A stretch of DNA of 64,000 nt from assembly GCF_963921235.1 (NCBI RefSeq), contig NC_086097.1:48052001-48116000 (forward strand). The letters are read 5' to 3'. The position numbers and the translations under genes were made by a program. This DNA is from Mobula hypostoma (lineage: Eukaryota). Under the pieces are notes generated by a model. It was not told the DNA's origin. It searched no databases and worked only from the letters and a program-made list of their open reading frames with translations. Positions 1 to 10,340 of the stretch are shown piece after piece. How positions within the stretch are numbered: the stretch's first letter is position 1; the number at the start of each line of letters is the position of its first letter.

Positions 1-955
1 CTCAGTCCCCGTGATTGCTGGCTTTTTCAAAGCGCATTCGTGTTCGGCGCCACACGCCGCTCGTTGTCCCAAAACCCTGTCTGTTCCTCATCCGTGCAAC
101 TGTCCAATTTCTTCTAAAATGGTTGTTGGCAACGGCATCCACTCCGGTAACCGGGCATCATCTGGAATAAGCCGGTGTAGCAAATTATCGGGTCGATTGG
201 ATGTTATAATATCTAAACAAACTTTTATTTCCCCCTTTTACACGTCCCATAGTAGTATGCAAATACTGTATCCAGTGAACCCGGCGAGTTTTAAAGCAGC
301 GGGAAATCTACAAGTTATCCCGCTCCGGCCACCTATCGGCCCGTGTTTCCGACCCCTGGTTCTCCTGCCTCCATCCAGCTCCGGCTACACACCTGGTCGA
401 CAGTCCGTATCCCGTCCCCAGCTGTGTATCCCGCCTGCTGTCTGGACGCACTCCTGAACTGACGAGGGAGTCCAATGCCGAACCGTCCGCATTTTGGAAC
501 AGTCGAACGCCAGATTATCTGTACCATTTCGGACCTCCTCCTTGGGTAGAGTGTGCATGCCAATCCTTGAGCGGCGAACATTCCCTCCAACTCCTCTCTG
601 AATATGTTAACAATAGTTTCAAGTCTCTGAATTCCGAGACACTTGTCAGAGAAAATAGTTTTTGTTTGCTTTTCCAAGCCTTATTTTGTCACCCTGGAAA
701 CTTCCATCACATAAGCACTGTTAATCGTATTCCAGGATTCCGTCATTCCTGGCAGCTTGCTGGTAAACGATCCCTGCACCTCTTCTAAGGCCTTTTTTTT
801 TAACTTTCCCAAATCACCATGCGGAAGCAATGCTCCATCTGGGCCGATTCATAAATTTCCATCTTCCCCTTGTGTTTAAAAGCATCATAAGAAGATACTA
901 ATTGTGTTGGCATGTTGGTCTGATTACTGAAGTAGCGAGTAGCTGGCATTTAAAC
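1..955 (-). pseudogene. Decayed intronless coding relic of unknown identity, candidate viral gene next to the primase relic
   Basis: Minus-strand frames join across a few stops and frameshifts into protein-like text: ...YESAQMEHCFRMVIWES/KKKALEEVQGSFTSKLPGMTESWNTINSAYVMEVSRVTK*GLEKQTKTIFSDKCLGIQRLETIVNIFREELEGMFAAQGLACTLY.../...HGPIGGRSGITCRFPAALKLAGFTGYSICILLWDV*KGEIKVCLDIITSNRPDNLLHRLIPDDARLPEWMPLPTTILEEIG. The + ORF 11..457 is its antisense shadow. The segment is visibly CpG-rich and matches no TE family I recognise. Confidence 0.4.
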
Positions 956-956
956 A

Positions 957-2262
957 AATAGAAACATAGAAACATAGAAAATAGGTGCAGGAGTAGGCCA
1001 TTCGGCCCTTCGAGCCTGCACCGCCATTTATTATGATCATGGCTGATCATCCAACTCAGAACCCAGCCTTCCCTCCATACCCCCTGACCCCTGTAGCCAC
1101 AAGGGCCATATCTAACTTCCTTTTAAACATAGCTAATGAACTGGCCTCAACAGTTTGCTGTGGCAGAGAATTCCACAGATTCACCACTCTCTGTGTGAAG
1201 AAGTTTTTCCTAACCTCGGTCCTAAAAGGCTTCCCCTCTATCCTCAAACTGTGACCCCTCGTTCTAGACCTCCCCAACATCGGGAACAATCTTCCTGCAT
1301 CTAGCCTGTCCAATCCCTTTAGGATCTTATACGTTTCAATCAGATCCCCCCTCAATCTTCTAAATTCCAACGAGTACAAGCCCAGTTCATCCAGTCTTTC
1401 TTCATATGAAAGACCTGCCATCCCAGGAATCAATCTGGTGAACCTTCTTTGTACTCCCTCTATGGCAAAGATGTCTTTCCTCAGATTAGGGGACCAAAAC
1501 TGCACACAATACTCCAGGTGTGGTCTCACCAAGGCCTTGTACAACTGCAGTAGTACCTCCCTGCTCCTGTACTCGAATCCTCTCGCTATAAATGCCAGCA
1601 TACCGTTCGCCTTTTTCACCGCCTGCTGTACCTGCATGCCCACTTTCAATGACTGGTGTATAATGACACCCAGGTCTCGTTGCACCTCCCCTTTTCCTAA
1701 TCGGCCACCATTCAGATAATAATCTGTTTTCCTATTTTTGCCACCAAAGTGGATAACTTCACATTTATCCACATTAAATTGCATCTGCCATGAGTTTGCC
1801 CACTCACCCAACCTATCCAAGTCACCCTGCATCCTCTTAGCATCCTCCTCACTGCTAACACTGCCACCCAGCTTCGTGTCATCCGCAAACTTGGAGATGC
1901 TGCATTTAATTCCCTCATCCAAGTCATTAATATATATTGTAAACAACTGGGGTCCCAGCACTGAGCCTTGCGGTACCCCACTAGTCACCGCCTGCCATTC
2001 TGAAAAGGTCCCGTTTATTCCCACTCTTTGCTTCCTGTCTGCTAACCAATTCTCCACCCACACCAATACCTTACCCCCAATACCGTGTGCTTTAAGTTTG
2101 CACACTAATCTCCTATGTGGGACCTTGTCAAAAGCCTTTTGAAAATCCAAATATACCACATCCACTGGTTCTCCCCTATCCACTCTACTAGTTACATCCT
2201 CAAAAAATTCTATGAGATTCGTCAGACATGATTTTCCTTTCACAAATCCATGCTGACTTTGG
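957..2262 (-). mobile_element. Young 5'-truncated CR1 LINE (RT C-terminal half, 3' UTR and (TTCTATGT)n-type tail)
   Basis: Uninterrupted ORF 1056..2270 with QHGF, YLDFQKAFDKVPH, GVPQGSVLGP and KFADDTK. ATAGAAAC repeats at ~958-980 form the tail. Confidence 0.97.
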
Positions 2263-2800
2263 ATGTGCAATTATGTGGAGACTTCTATCAAGTTTGATTG
2301 CTGGTAGGCGCTGAACTGGTTGAAGACGGCGGTGACATTTGGTACACTATGCGGGCCTTGTTTCAGAATTTTATAGTCAATGTATGCATGTACAATACAA
2401 CTCTGATATTCGTTTTAAGATTAGGGAGATATTTATTTTTTAAAAAAGCATTCGTAATTCCTGCTCCCAATGGATATTCAGAACTTCAAGAAGTAGATGA
2501 TATTAATACAGGAACGGATTGAGCTATTCCTCCAGGTTAGTTTGTCGACACTGGCTGCAGACTCTCACACATGAATATTAACTGTCTGAAAAAAGTGCCT
2601 GGTATTGACAAGGTCAATATCCCAGATGACTAACTCGGGAAGAGGGTGTGAGATAATGGCTGCCGAGGTTTGCATAGTTGTGTTCTATCCCTTCCAAAAT
2701 TAATTTCCTGAGAATTGTTTAAAAGAATTAACATGATTGTTGCAACCTGAACAATTTGTTTTGATTTTCAAATTACATTAAACTCATAATAATAAAGAAA
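2263..2800 (-). pseudogene. Decayed archaeo-eukaryotic primase small-subunit (AEP/PriS-like) gene, probably viral
   Basis: Motifs occur in PriS order across frameshifts: YEFNVI/KLFRLQQS (cf. REFSF..IYIRYQS), ANLGSHY (cf. IDIGAVY), ELVIWDIDL at 2636-2610 (cf. ELVFDID), CVRVCSQC at 2571-2548 (cf. the Zn knuckle CCxxxxxCxxC) and IDYKILKQGPHSV at 2381-2343 (same D..H spacing as LDINVSKGINHLL). Motif II is uncertain. Confidence 0.6.
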
Positions 2801-2999
2801 AGGATGTTCTGTGAATTATATTAGCAAGCACACCACACTGGATCAAGTTAATTCAAAAGCCTCTATCCTAACTTGCAGTCAGTCCAGTCCTGGTCACCAG
2901 TGCTTGTCCGCAAGTGATTCTCAAGATCAAGTTCAAGTTTAATTGTTATTCAACCGTACACATGTATACAGCTGGATGAAGCAGCATTCCAAGAAGTAT

Positions 3000-4000
3000 T
3001 ATCAAACAAAAACTGATACAGAACCTCAAGGTGATATTTGGGTAAATAATTAAAAGTTTGAGCAAGAGTGAGTGTTTTAGGGATTGTCAAAAAAAGAAGC
3101 AGAACAGTAGAGGTTAATGTAAGGAGTGGTATAACTATAATATTTAGTTAGCTGAAAGCACAGATGTTACTGGTAGAACAATTAAATTTGGGGAAAATTG
3201 CAACAGAAGAATGGGAGGCGAGCAGAGGGTGGGGTTAGGAATTAAAGTATTGCTTTACCGAATACCTGTAAAGTTACAAGCACAAAGAATGGACACATGG
3301 GATGTTGCAAATTCAGCAATGAGTAATGGAGTTCTGGGAAATCATGAGGACAATTACAGACCCTTGAAGTAGGAGAATAAATATTAAAGTGTAGACTGAG
3401 GGTTTGACTACCAAAGTTGCAGGATGTGGTTACAGGAAGTAGTTGCATGATGTTACAGAAAGTGAAAGAGTGATTATTTCTGACAGTGTGGATATGTGGC
3501 CAAATGAACTTTGTGGGGTAAAACAAGCACCAAAATAGAAAACAATGATTCAGTTCTTGAAAGATACTGGGGAGAAAATGACTGCAGAGCAAAGTCTTTG
3601 ACAAGGCAATGGCTTTGTTCTTCCAGTATTTCACTGAATGAAATTCCTGCTCAATTAATGCTAATTGTCGGGAAGCATCCTGACAGTTTGAGAACAGGAG
3701 GGAGAGAGAGTAGCACTGAGAGAAAACTGAGTCTTCTACATGCAGAAGCATTCATTGTATCTTGGATGATTGTTCTAACAGGCAGCATGGAGATGAAGAC
3801 TCAAGGTGAACACATGGAACCTGTGTTTTTGGCCACAGTTGGTTCCTGGACCACCTAGACCTTGATTTTAAAATTCTTGTCTGTGCTTTCAACTCCCTTC
3901 CCTGCCCTTTGCCTCTCCTCTCTCTACTCTGCACCCACTTGACATCCCTCTCAACCTCCCATTCCAGACCCTTGCTGATCCCTGATTTTTATTGCTCATT
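3000..4000. mobile_element. Old L2-like LINE fragments
   Basis: + strand ~3835-3930 resembles the L2 C-terminus (W..DHLDLDFKILVCAFNSL). The flanks are very degenerate. Confidence 0.45.
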
Positions 4001-4294
4001 GATTAGTGTGGAAATATTGAGCAGAATGACTCTATATTTTGCAGTTCGGGAGACAAAAGAATCTAATCTCTCTAATATCTCTATTGCAGGGCAGGGGTTG
4101 GAATGAGACAAGCTGGAAGTGAGAATAGAGTTTTAGGATTAGCTTTGACTTCGTAAGCATGAAATGAGGAGGGTTGTGTGTCTTTGGAATTCTTCACTCC
4201 AAACACATCGGAATTTCACATCATACAGGGATAAAATAGATTTTTGGATTATGGGATAATCAAGGATTAGAAAGAACAGATAAATGTAAAGGTT

Positions 4295-4605
4295 TAAAGA
4301 TTAGCTTTATTTGTCTCATGAACATTGAAACATAGTGATAGGTGTAATTTGCATCAGATAGTGAGGATTGTGCTGGGCAGCCTAGGAGTGTTGCCATGAC
4401 TCTGGCGCCAGCATAACGTGCCCACAATTCACTAGCCTAAACCATCTGTCTCTGGGATGTGGGAGTTAATGAGAGCAGCTGGTGGAAACCCATGCCATCA
4501 CAGGCAGAACGTATAAAGTTTTTACAGGCAGTGGTGGGATTTGAACGCTGAATGGTGATTGCTGGGCTTGTAATAGCATTGTGCTAACTGCTACCACGCT
4601 GTGCT
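4295..4605 (-). mobile_element. tRNA-derived V-SINE (HE1-like)
   Basis: Minus strand shows A-box-like GGTAGCAGTTAGC, B-box GTTCAAATCCC, a V-domain-like GGGTTTCC..CTCCCACATCCCA stretch and an AATAAAG tail. Confidence 0.75.
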
Positions 4606-5149
4606 ATAGGCAGGAAAGTGGAGCTAAGCTTAAGGAATATAATTCCAGCAAATAGTGGAGGAGGGCCGAGAGGCCTGCTCCTCTTTCCTGTGGACACCTG
4701 TGCCCAGATCTAGAATTCTCCCTAAATGTCTTTTTCTGCTCCTTTACCTCTAGCTATTAGCTTGAGTTTTTGATCAGTGGCACAAATATGTTGCTTGTCT
4801 TCAAATTATACCCAAATCCTTAGGAACAATGTAATCATGTTAAATCCATCAATGCCTAATTCCATAGTACATATGACTTAATGCTTGCAATGTTCCAATG
4901 AATTTTGTCCTTCCTGATACTTTTATTTTGTCTGTCTCTCACTCTATGGATAAGACGTTACATTCTGATTTGTGTATTCAATGGCACGTATTGGGATTGG
5001 CTGTATTTGGGTGTTCTCTGACATTGCAACAATGTTCTCTAAAAATGAAAGCATTCCTCCACCAAAGCAAATGGAATAGATAGCTTTCTGTGCTGAGGGA
5101 ATGGGGTTTGAAAATAGGCAGGCTTTCTTTTTTTTTTGCAATTCTACAG

Positions 5150-5970
5150 GGTGTTGGTGAGGCCTCACCAGGAATAATACACACAGATTTGAGTTCCTTT
5201 CTTAAAACAAACGTATCATAATGGAAGCAATATAAAGGACAAACATCGGGCGAATCCCTTGGATGAGAATGAGATTCTACCAAGGAAGTCTAACTAGTTT
5301 TGCCTGTATACCATAGAGTTTAGAAGAAGGCGTGGTGACCTTATTCAAACATAAAATATCCTAAGGGGGATAGACAGAGTAGATGTTGGGACGATTCCAC
5401 CAGTGGAGAGTCATAGAATCGTAGAACATTACAACACAGAAAGAAGCCCTTTGGCCCATCTAGATAATGCCAAACTTCATCCCATTGACCTGCACCCAGC
5501 CCACAGCCCTCCATGCCCCGTGCCTATCCAAATTTCTCTTTAGTAGAGCCATAGAATCATAGAGAAGTACAGCACATGAACAAGTCCTTCAGCCCATCTA
5601 GTCTGTGACAAACCATTTAAGCTGCTTCCTCCCATCGATCGGCATTGGGACCATAGCCCTCTATACCCCTACCATCCATGTACCTTTCCAAACTTCTCTT
5701 AAAACTTTGAAATCGAGCTTAGATTCATCACTTGCGCTGGCAGCTTGTTCCACATTCTCACAATCCACTGAGTGGAGAAGTTTCCCCTAGGCTCTCCTTA
5801 CAGTTTTCACCTTTCACCTTTAACCAATGACCTCTTGTTGTAGTCCCACCCAGCCTCAGTGGAAAGAGCCTGCTTGCATTTACTCTATCTTTACCCCTCA
5901 TAATTTTGTATACCTCTATCAAATCTCCCCTCAATCTTATATCTTCCAAGGAATAAAGTCCTAATCTAAA
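5150..5970. mobile_element. Cluster of three CR1 3' fragments (+ 5150-5410; - 5410-5540; - 5545-5970)
   Basis: RLRGDLIEVYKIMRG motif in ORF 5758..5949, CR1 3' UTRs and ATAGAATC tails. Confidence 0.85.
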
Positions 5971-5971
5971 T

Positions 5972-6535
5972 CAACACACACAAAATGCTGGGGATATTTA
6001 GGAAGTCATGCAGCATCTATGAAAATGAATAGATAGTCAACGTTTCGGGCCAAGACCCTTCTTCAGGACTGAGAACGAAGGGGGAAGATGCCAGAATAAA
6101 AAGGTGGGGGGAGGGGAAGGAAGTTGCTGAAAGATGATAGGAGAAGTCAGGTGTGTAGGAAAGGTCAAGGGCTGGAGAAGAAGCAATCTGGTAGGAGAGG
6201 AGAGTGCAGCATAGGAGAAAGGGAAGGAACAGGGGACCCAGGGGAAGTAATAGGCAGGTGAGATGAGGAATAGAGGAAGTGGGGGTGGGGGGATTTGTTT
6301 ATTGGGAGGAGAAATCGATATTTATGCCATCAATTTGGAGGCGATCCAGATGGAATATGAGGTGTGGCCCCTTCACCCTGAGGGACCCCTCATCTTGGCA
6401 CAAGAGGAGGATATGGTCCAACACATTAGAACGCAAATGGGGTCAGAACTAAACACCTTGAGCCTCTCTGCTCCAAATGCTACAGTGGGACTTCCTGGTG
6501 GCCAAACATTTTAATTCCAATTCCCATTCCCCTTT
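5972..6535 (-). mobile_element. Penelope-like element 3' end / pseudo-LTR
   Basis: GIY-YIG C-terminal relic (VGLPGGQTF, on + at ~6480-6515, so that end is inverted), a pyrimidine-rich tract, a hammerhead motif and a CCAGCATTTTGTGTGTGTTG terminus on the - strand. Confidence 0.8.
6034..6071 (-). ncRNA. Minimal type I hammerhead ribozyme motif of a Penelope pLTR
   Basis: Minus strand reads CAGTC-CTGAAGA-AGGGTCTTGGCCC-GAAAC-GTT-GACTA: stem I, CUGANGA core, stem II, GAAA, palindromic stem III and NUH triplet. Confidence 0.75.
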
Positions 6536-6539
6536 CACT

Positions 6540-8235
6540 TTTGAAGGCCTCCTACTTACCAAACACAGGTTTGTGAGAAAGCAATCTCTCCCAGTCCACA
6601 CTTGCCAGATCCTTTCTGATACCATCAAAACTGGCCTTTCTCCAATTTAGAATCTCAACCCATGGACTAGACCTATCTTTTTGCATATTTACTTTGAAGC
6701 TAATGGCATTATGATTGCTAGATGGAAAGTATTCCCCCACACAAATTTCTGTCCTCTGCTCTATCTCATTCCCTAATAGCAGATCAAGTATCACACACTC
6801 TCTTGTTCAGATTTCTATGGACTGATAAAAGAAACTTTCCTGAATACATTTGACAAATTCTATCCCATCTAGTCCTTTCCAATATGGGAGTTCCAGTCAA
6901 TATATGGAAAGTTATAATCACCTACTGTAACAACCCTATGTTTCTTGCAAGAGTCTGTGATCTCTCTACAAATTTGGTTCTCTAAATCCTTTTGGGTAGT
7001 CTGTAAATAGCCCGATTAATGTGATCATAGCTTTCTTACTCTTCAGTTCCACACCTAATGCCTCATTAGACAAGTTCTCCAGTCTGTCTTGCTTGAACAC
7101 TGTAGTGACATTTTCTGTGACATGTTGAAATCAAACCTGCATCCACCACTTCTGCTGGCACTCATTCCATACCCTTACTACCCTCTGAGTGAAGAAGTAC
7201 CCCCTCATTTTCCCTTTAAACATTTCACTTTTCATCCTTAATCCATGAGCTCTAGTTCTAGTCTCACCCAATTTCAGTGGAAAAAATCTGCCTGCATTTA
7301 CCCTATCTATACCCTTCATAATTTTGTATAGCTCTATCAAATTCCCCCCAATCGTCTATGTTCCAAGGGCTAAAATACTAACCTATTCAACCTTTCCCAA
7401 TAATTCAGGTCCTGAAGTCCTGCAACATCCTTCTAAATTTTCTCTGCACACTTTTAATATTATTGATATGTTTCCTGTAGACAGGTGACCAGAACTGCAC
7501 ACAAGTCTCCAAATTAGACTTACCAAAATCTCATACAACTTCAACATAACATCTCAACTCCTGTACTCAGGACTTTGATTTATGAAGGTCAATGTGCCAA
7601 AAACTTTCTTCATGAACCTATCTACCTGTGAGGCAACTTTCAATGAATTATGCATCTGTGTTTCCAGATCTGTCTGTTCTACCAGACTTCTCAGTGTCCT
7701 AGTCATAGTCATAGTCACAGTCATACTTTATTGATCCCGTAAGTTCTACCCTGTTTCATCCTCCCGAAATGCAACACCTCACATTAAATTCCATCTGCCA
7801 TTTTTCAGCCCATTTTTCCAGCTGGTTCAGATCCTGCTGCAAGCTTTGATTGCTTCCTCACTTTCCATTGAGCCTTCAGTCTTGGTGTTATTCGCAAATT
7901 TGCTGTTGTAGTTTACTACTTTATCACCCAGATCGTTAATATAGATGACGAGTAACAACAGACCCAGCCTTAATCCCTGCAGCACACCACTAGTCACAGG
8001 TCTCCAGTCAGAGAGGCAACCATCTACTACCACCCTCTGGCTTCTCCTGCAAAGACAATTTCTAATCTACTTCACCTTCATCTTGAATGCCAAGCGACTA
8101 AACCTTCTTGACTAACCTCCCATGTGGGACCTTGTCAAAGACTTTCCTAAAATCCATGTAGGTAACATCCACTATCTTGCCTTCTTCAACTTTCTTGGTA
8201 ACTTCCTCGAAAAACTCGATAAGATTGGTTAGATC
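6540..8235 (-). mobile_element. Decayed CR1 pieces: endonuclease region (6540-7110) and RT to 3' end (7110-8235)
   Basis: ORFs 6552..6794 (ILDLLLGNE..SNHNAISF), 7827..8033 (WRPVTSGVLQG) and 7131..7340 (FFTQRVVRVWN). Confidence 0.9.
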
Positions 8236-8244
8236 TGACAATGC

Positions 8245-8359
8245 TAATGCAAATTTAAAATCAGCCAATCAAGTGGCAGTAACTTATTGAATAAAAAGTG
8301 TGCAGACATGGCCAAGAGGTTCAGCTAATGTTCAGACCCGAACCTGAACCCTAATGCAT

Positions 8360-8393
<34 letters not shown>

Positions 8394-8425
8394 GAGTACC
8401 TAATAAAGGGGCCACTGAATGCATA
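8245..8425. mobile_element. Tc1/mariner-family relic with an internal (AC)14 microsatellite at 8363-8390
   Basis: TIR-like GTACCTAATAAAGGGGCCACTGAATGCA. Related sequence occurs at ~9465-9520 and 35138-35400. Confidence 0.6.
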
Positions 8426-8479
8426 ATCCCATTAATGTGGTCATCTCTTTCTTATTTCTCAGCTCTGCCCATACAGCCT

Positions 8480-8692
8480 TACCGGTGGTGTAGTTGCATC
8501 TGCATTAGACTTTGAAGTGAGTGGTCCTGGGTGAGTGAACCAGGCTGGCTCCTTGCACACTTTCCATCCGTGCTGGGCTGAGCGTGAGCTAGCAACTCGA
8601 CCTTGTAAAACACAACAGACGAAGCTGCTAAAGAAATGGCAGGTTGCCACCTGATGCGCCACAAGGCTCAGAGAGGAACAACACCAACAACC
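8480..8692 (+). mobile_element. tRNA-derived SINE with (AAC)n tail
   Basis: A-box-like GGTGGTGTAGTTG, a degenerate B box and an AACAACACCAACAAC end. Confidence 0.55.
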
Positions 8693-8699
8693 ATATAGT

Positions 8700-9600
8700 C
8701 TTAGTCGACGAATTCTCCAGCTCGTCCTGCTCTATGCTGTAAGCTCATCCACCTCACCTACTATGCTCCTCACAACTGAAACTATTAGTCCCACCATGCT
8801 CGATTCTGATTCCGATCTTTGTATGTAGGCTTAACAACATCTTTCCCCACAACCACTCCACTATCCGGCCCCAGTCCCCTGCAACTCTAGTTTAAACCTC
8901 CCAAAGTATCACTAACAAGGATATTAGTCCCTCTCCAGTTCAGGTGCAAACCATCCCATTTGTACAAGTCCTACCTTCCCTGCAAGAGAGCCTAATGATC
9001 GGAAAACCTGAAGTCCTCCCTTCTGCACCATCTCCTCAGACACATCTTATCTTCCTATTTAGGCCTCACTAGCATGTGGTACAGGTAGCAATTCGGATTC
9101 ACAACCCAGGAGTCTTATCCTTTAATTTAGCACCTAATTCCCTGTACTCACTCACTAGGACCTCGGCACCCTACCTGCATGTGTCATTGCAACAGATGTG
9201 GAGCACAAGCTCTGGATACTCACCACCCACCCCCCCCTCAAAATGTTATGGACTCAATCCGAGATGTCGCGACTCTGTAATCTGGGAGGCAACATACCAT
9301 CCAGGAATCTCGTTCTTGCTTGCAGAACCATCTGTCTGCCCCGAACCGATGAATCACCTATCAGCCTTGCATCTCTCTTCTACACCCTTCCGTTCTGCAT
9401 CACAGAACTAGCTAACCAGATACTGGACTGCCATGGCTTTCTTCTGCTAGGTTGTCCACCCAACATGTGGCAGCAACTTAATGCATAAAAGCGTGGAAAC
9501 ATGATCAAAAGGTTCAGCTGTGAATTGTTATTAAGGGGAATAGTCACAGGGGTGCCTTCCATTAGCTACCTATCCCATCTGTGTCCTGCGCTTTAGGTGT
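8700..9600 (-). mobile_element. Decayed CR1 ORF1 (SGNH esterase) region
   Basis: Colinear similarity to the better-preserved copy at 11100-11760 (for example TTTAAACC..GGATATT.GTCCC..TTCAGGTG.AA.CC.TCC). Confidence 0.75.
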
Positions 9601-9639
9601 ATTCTATCCCCCTTGCTTCATTCCCTTCCCATTTACATC

Positions 9640-10340
9640 CATGACACTTCACATGATCTAAATCTCCTCAACATATTTCAATTTCCTGGCCCTGATCACT
9701 TTATTTTCACCATTGATATCCAGTCCCTGTACACTTCTACCCCCAACAAGAAGGCCTTAAAGCTCTCTGCTTCTTTCTCAGGTTAACCAGTTCCCTTCCA
9801 TCACCAACCTCCTCCGAATGGCAGATCTGGTCCTCACCATCAACAATTTCTCCTTTTGCTCCTCCCATGTTCTCTAAATTCAAGGGGTAGCCGGTAGCAC
9901 CCTCATGGGTCTGCCTTTTTGTTAGCTGTGTAGAACAGTCCATATTCCAAGCCATCCCCAGTAATGCCCCCTAACTCTTTCTGTGCTACATTGATGACTG
10001 CATTTTTGCTGATTCACGAACCCATGCTCGAGCCCATCATTTTCATCAACTCTGCCTCCAACTTCCACCCTGCCTTTAAATTCACTTGGTCCATTTCTGA
10101 CACCTCTCTCCCCTTCCTCGATCTCTCCGTCTCTATCTCTGGAGACAAAATGTCTACCAACATCTTTTAAAAACCTACCAACTCCCACAGCTATCTTGAC
10201 TATGCCTCTTTCCACTGTGTCTCCTATAAAAATGCTAATCTCATTTCTTAGTTCCTTCAACTCCACTGTATCTGTTCCCAGGATGAGGCTTTTTCCCCCA
10301 GGATATCAGATGTCCTGTTTCTTCAAAGAATGGGGTATCC
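9640..10340 (+). mobile_element. Penelope-like element RT fragment
   Basis: FTIDIQSLYT, LVLTINNFSF, YIDDC, NFHPAFKFTWSISDTSLPFLDL and KPTNSHSYLDY. Confidence 0.9.

Noticed and set aside
333..677. Retroviral env or mononegavirus L methyltransferase (AGDG motif)
   Set aside because: No furin site, transmembrane segment, LTR or supporting motifs. The resemblance is too short.
1438..2142. + strand ORFs 1438..1719 and 1738..2142, and similar ORFs over other LINEs
   Set aside because: These are antisense shadows of CR1 or other TE coding sequence.
2263..2800. Processed pseudogene of host PRIM1
   Set aside because: Similarity is limited to motif patterns. Vertebrate PRIM1 is highly conserved and has a long insertion that is absent here.
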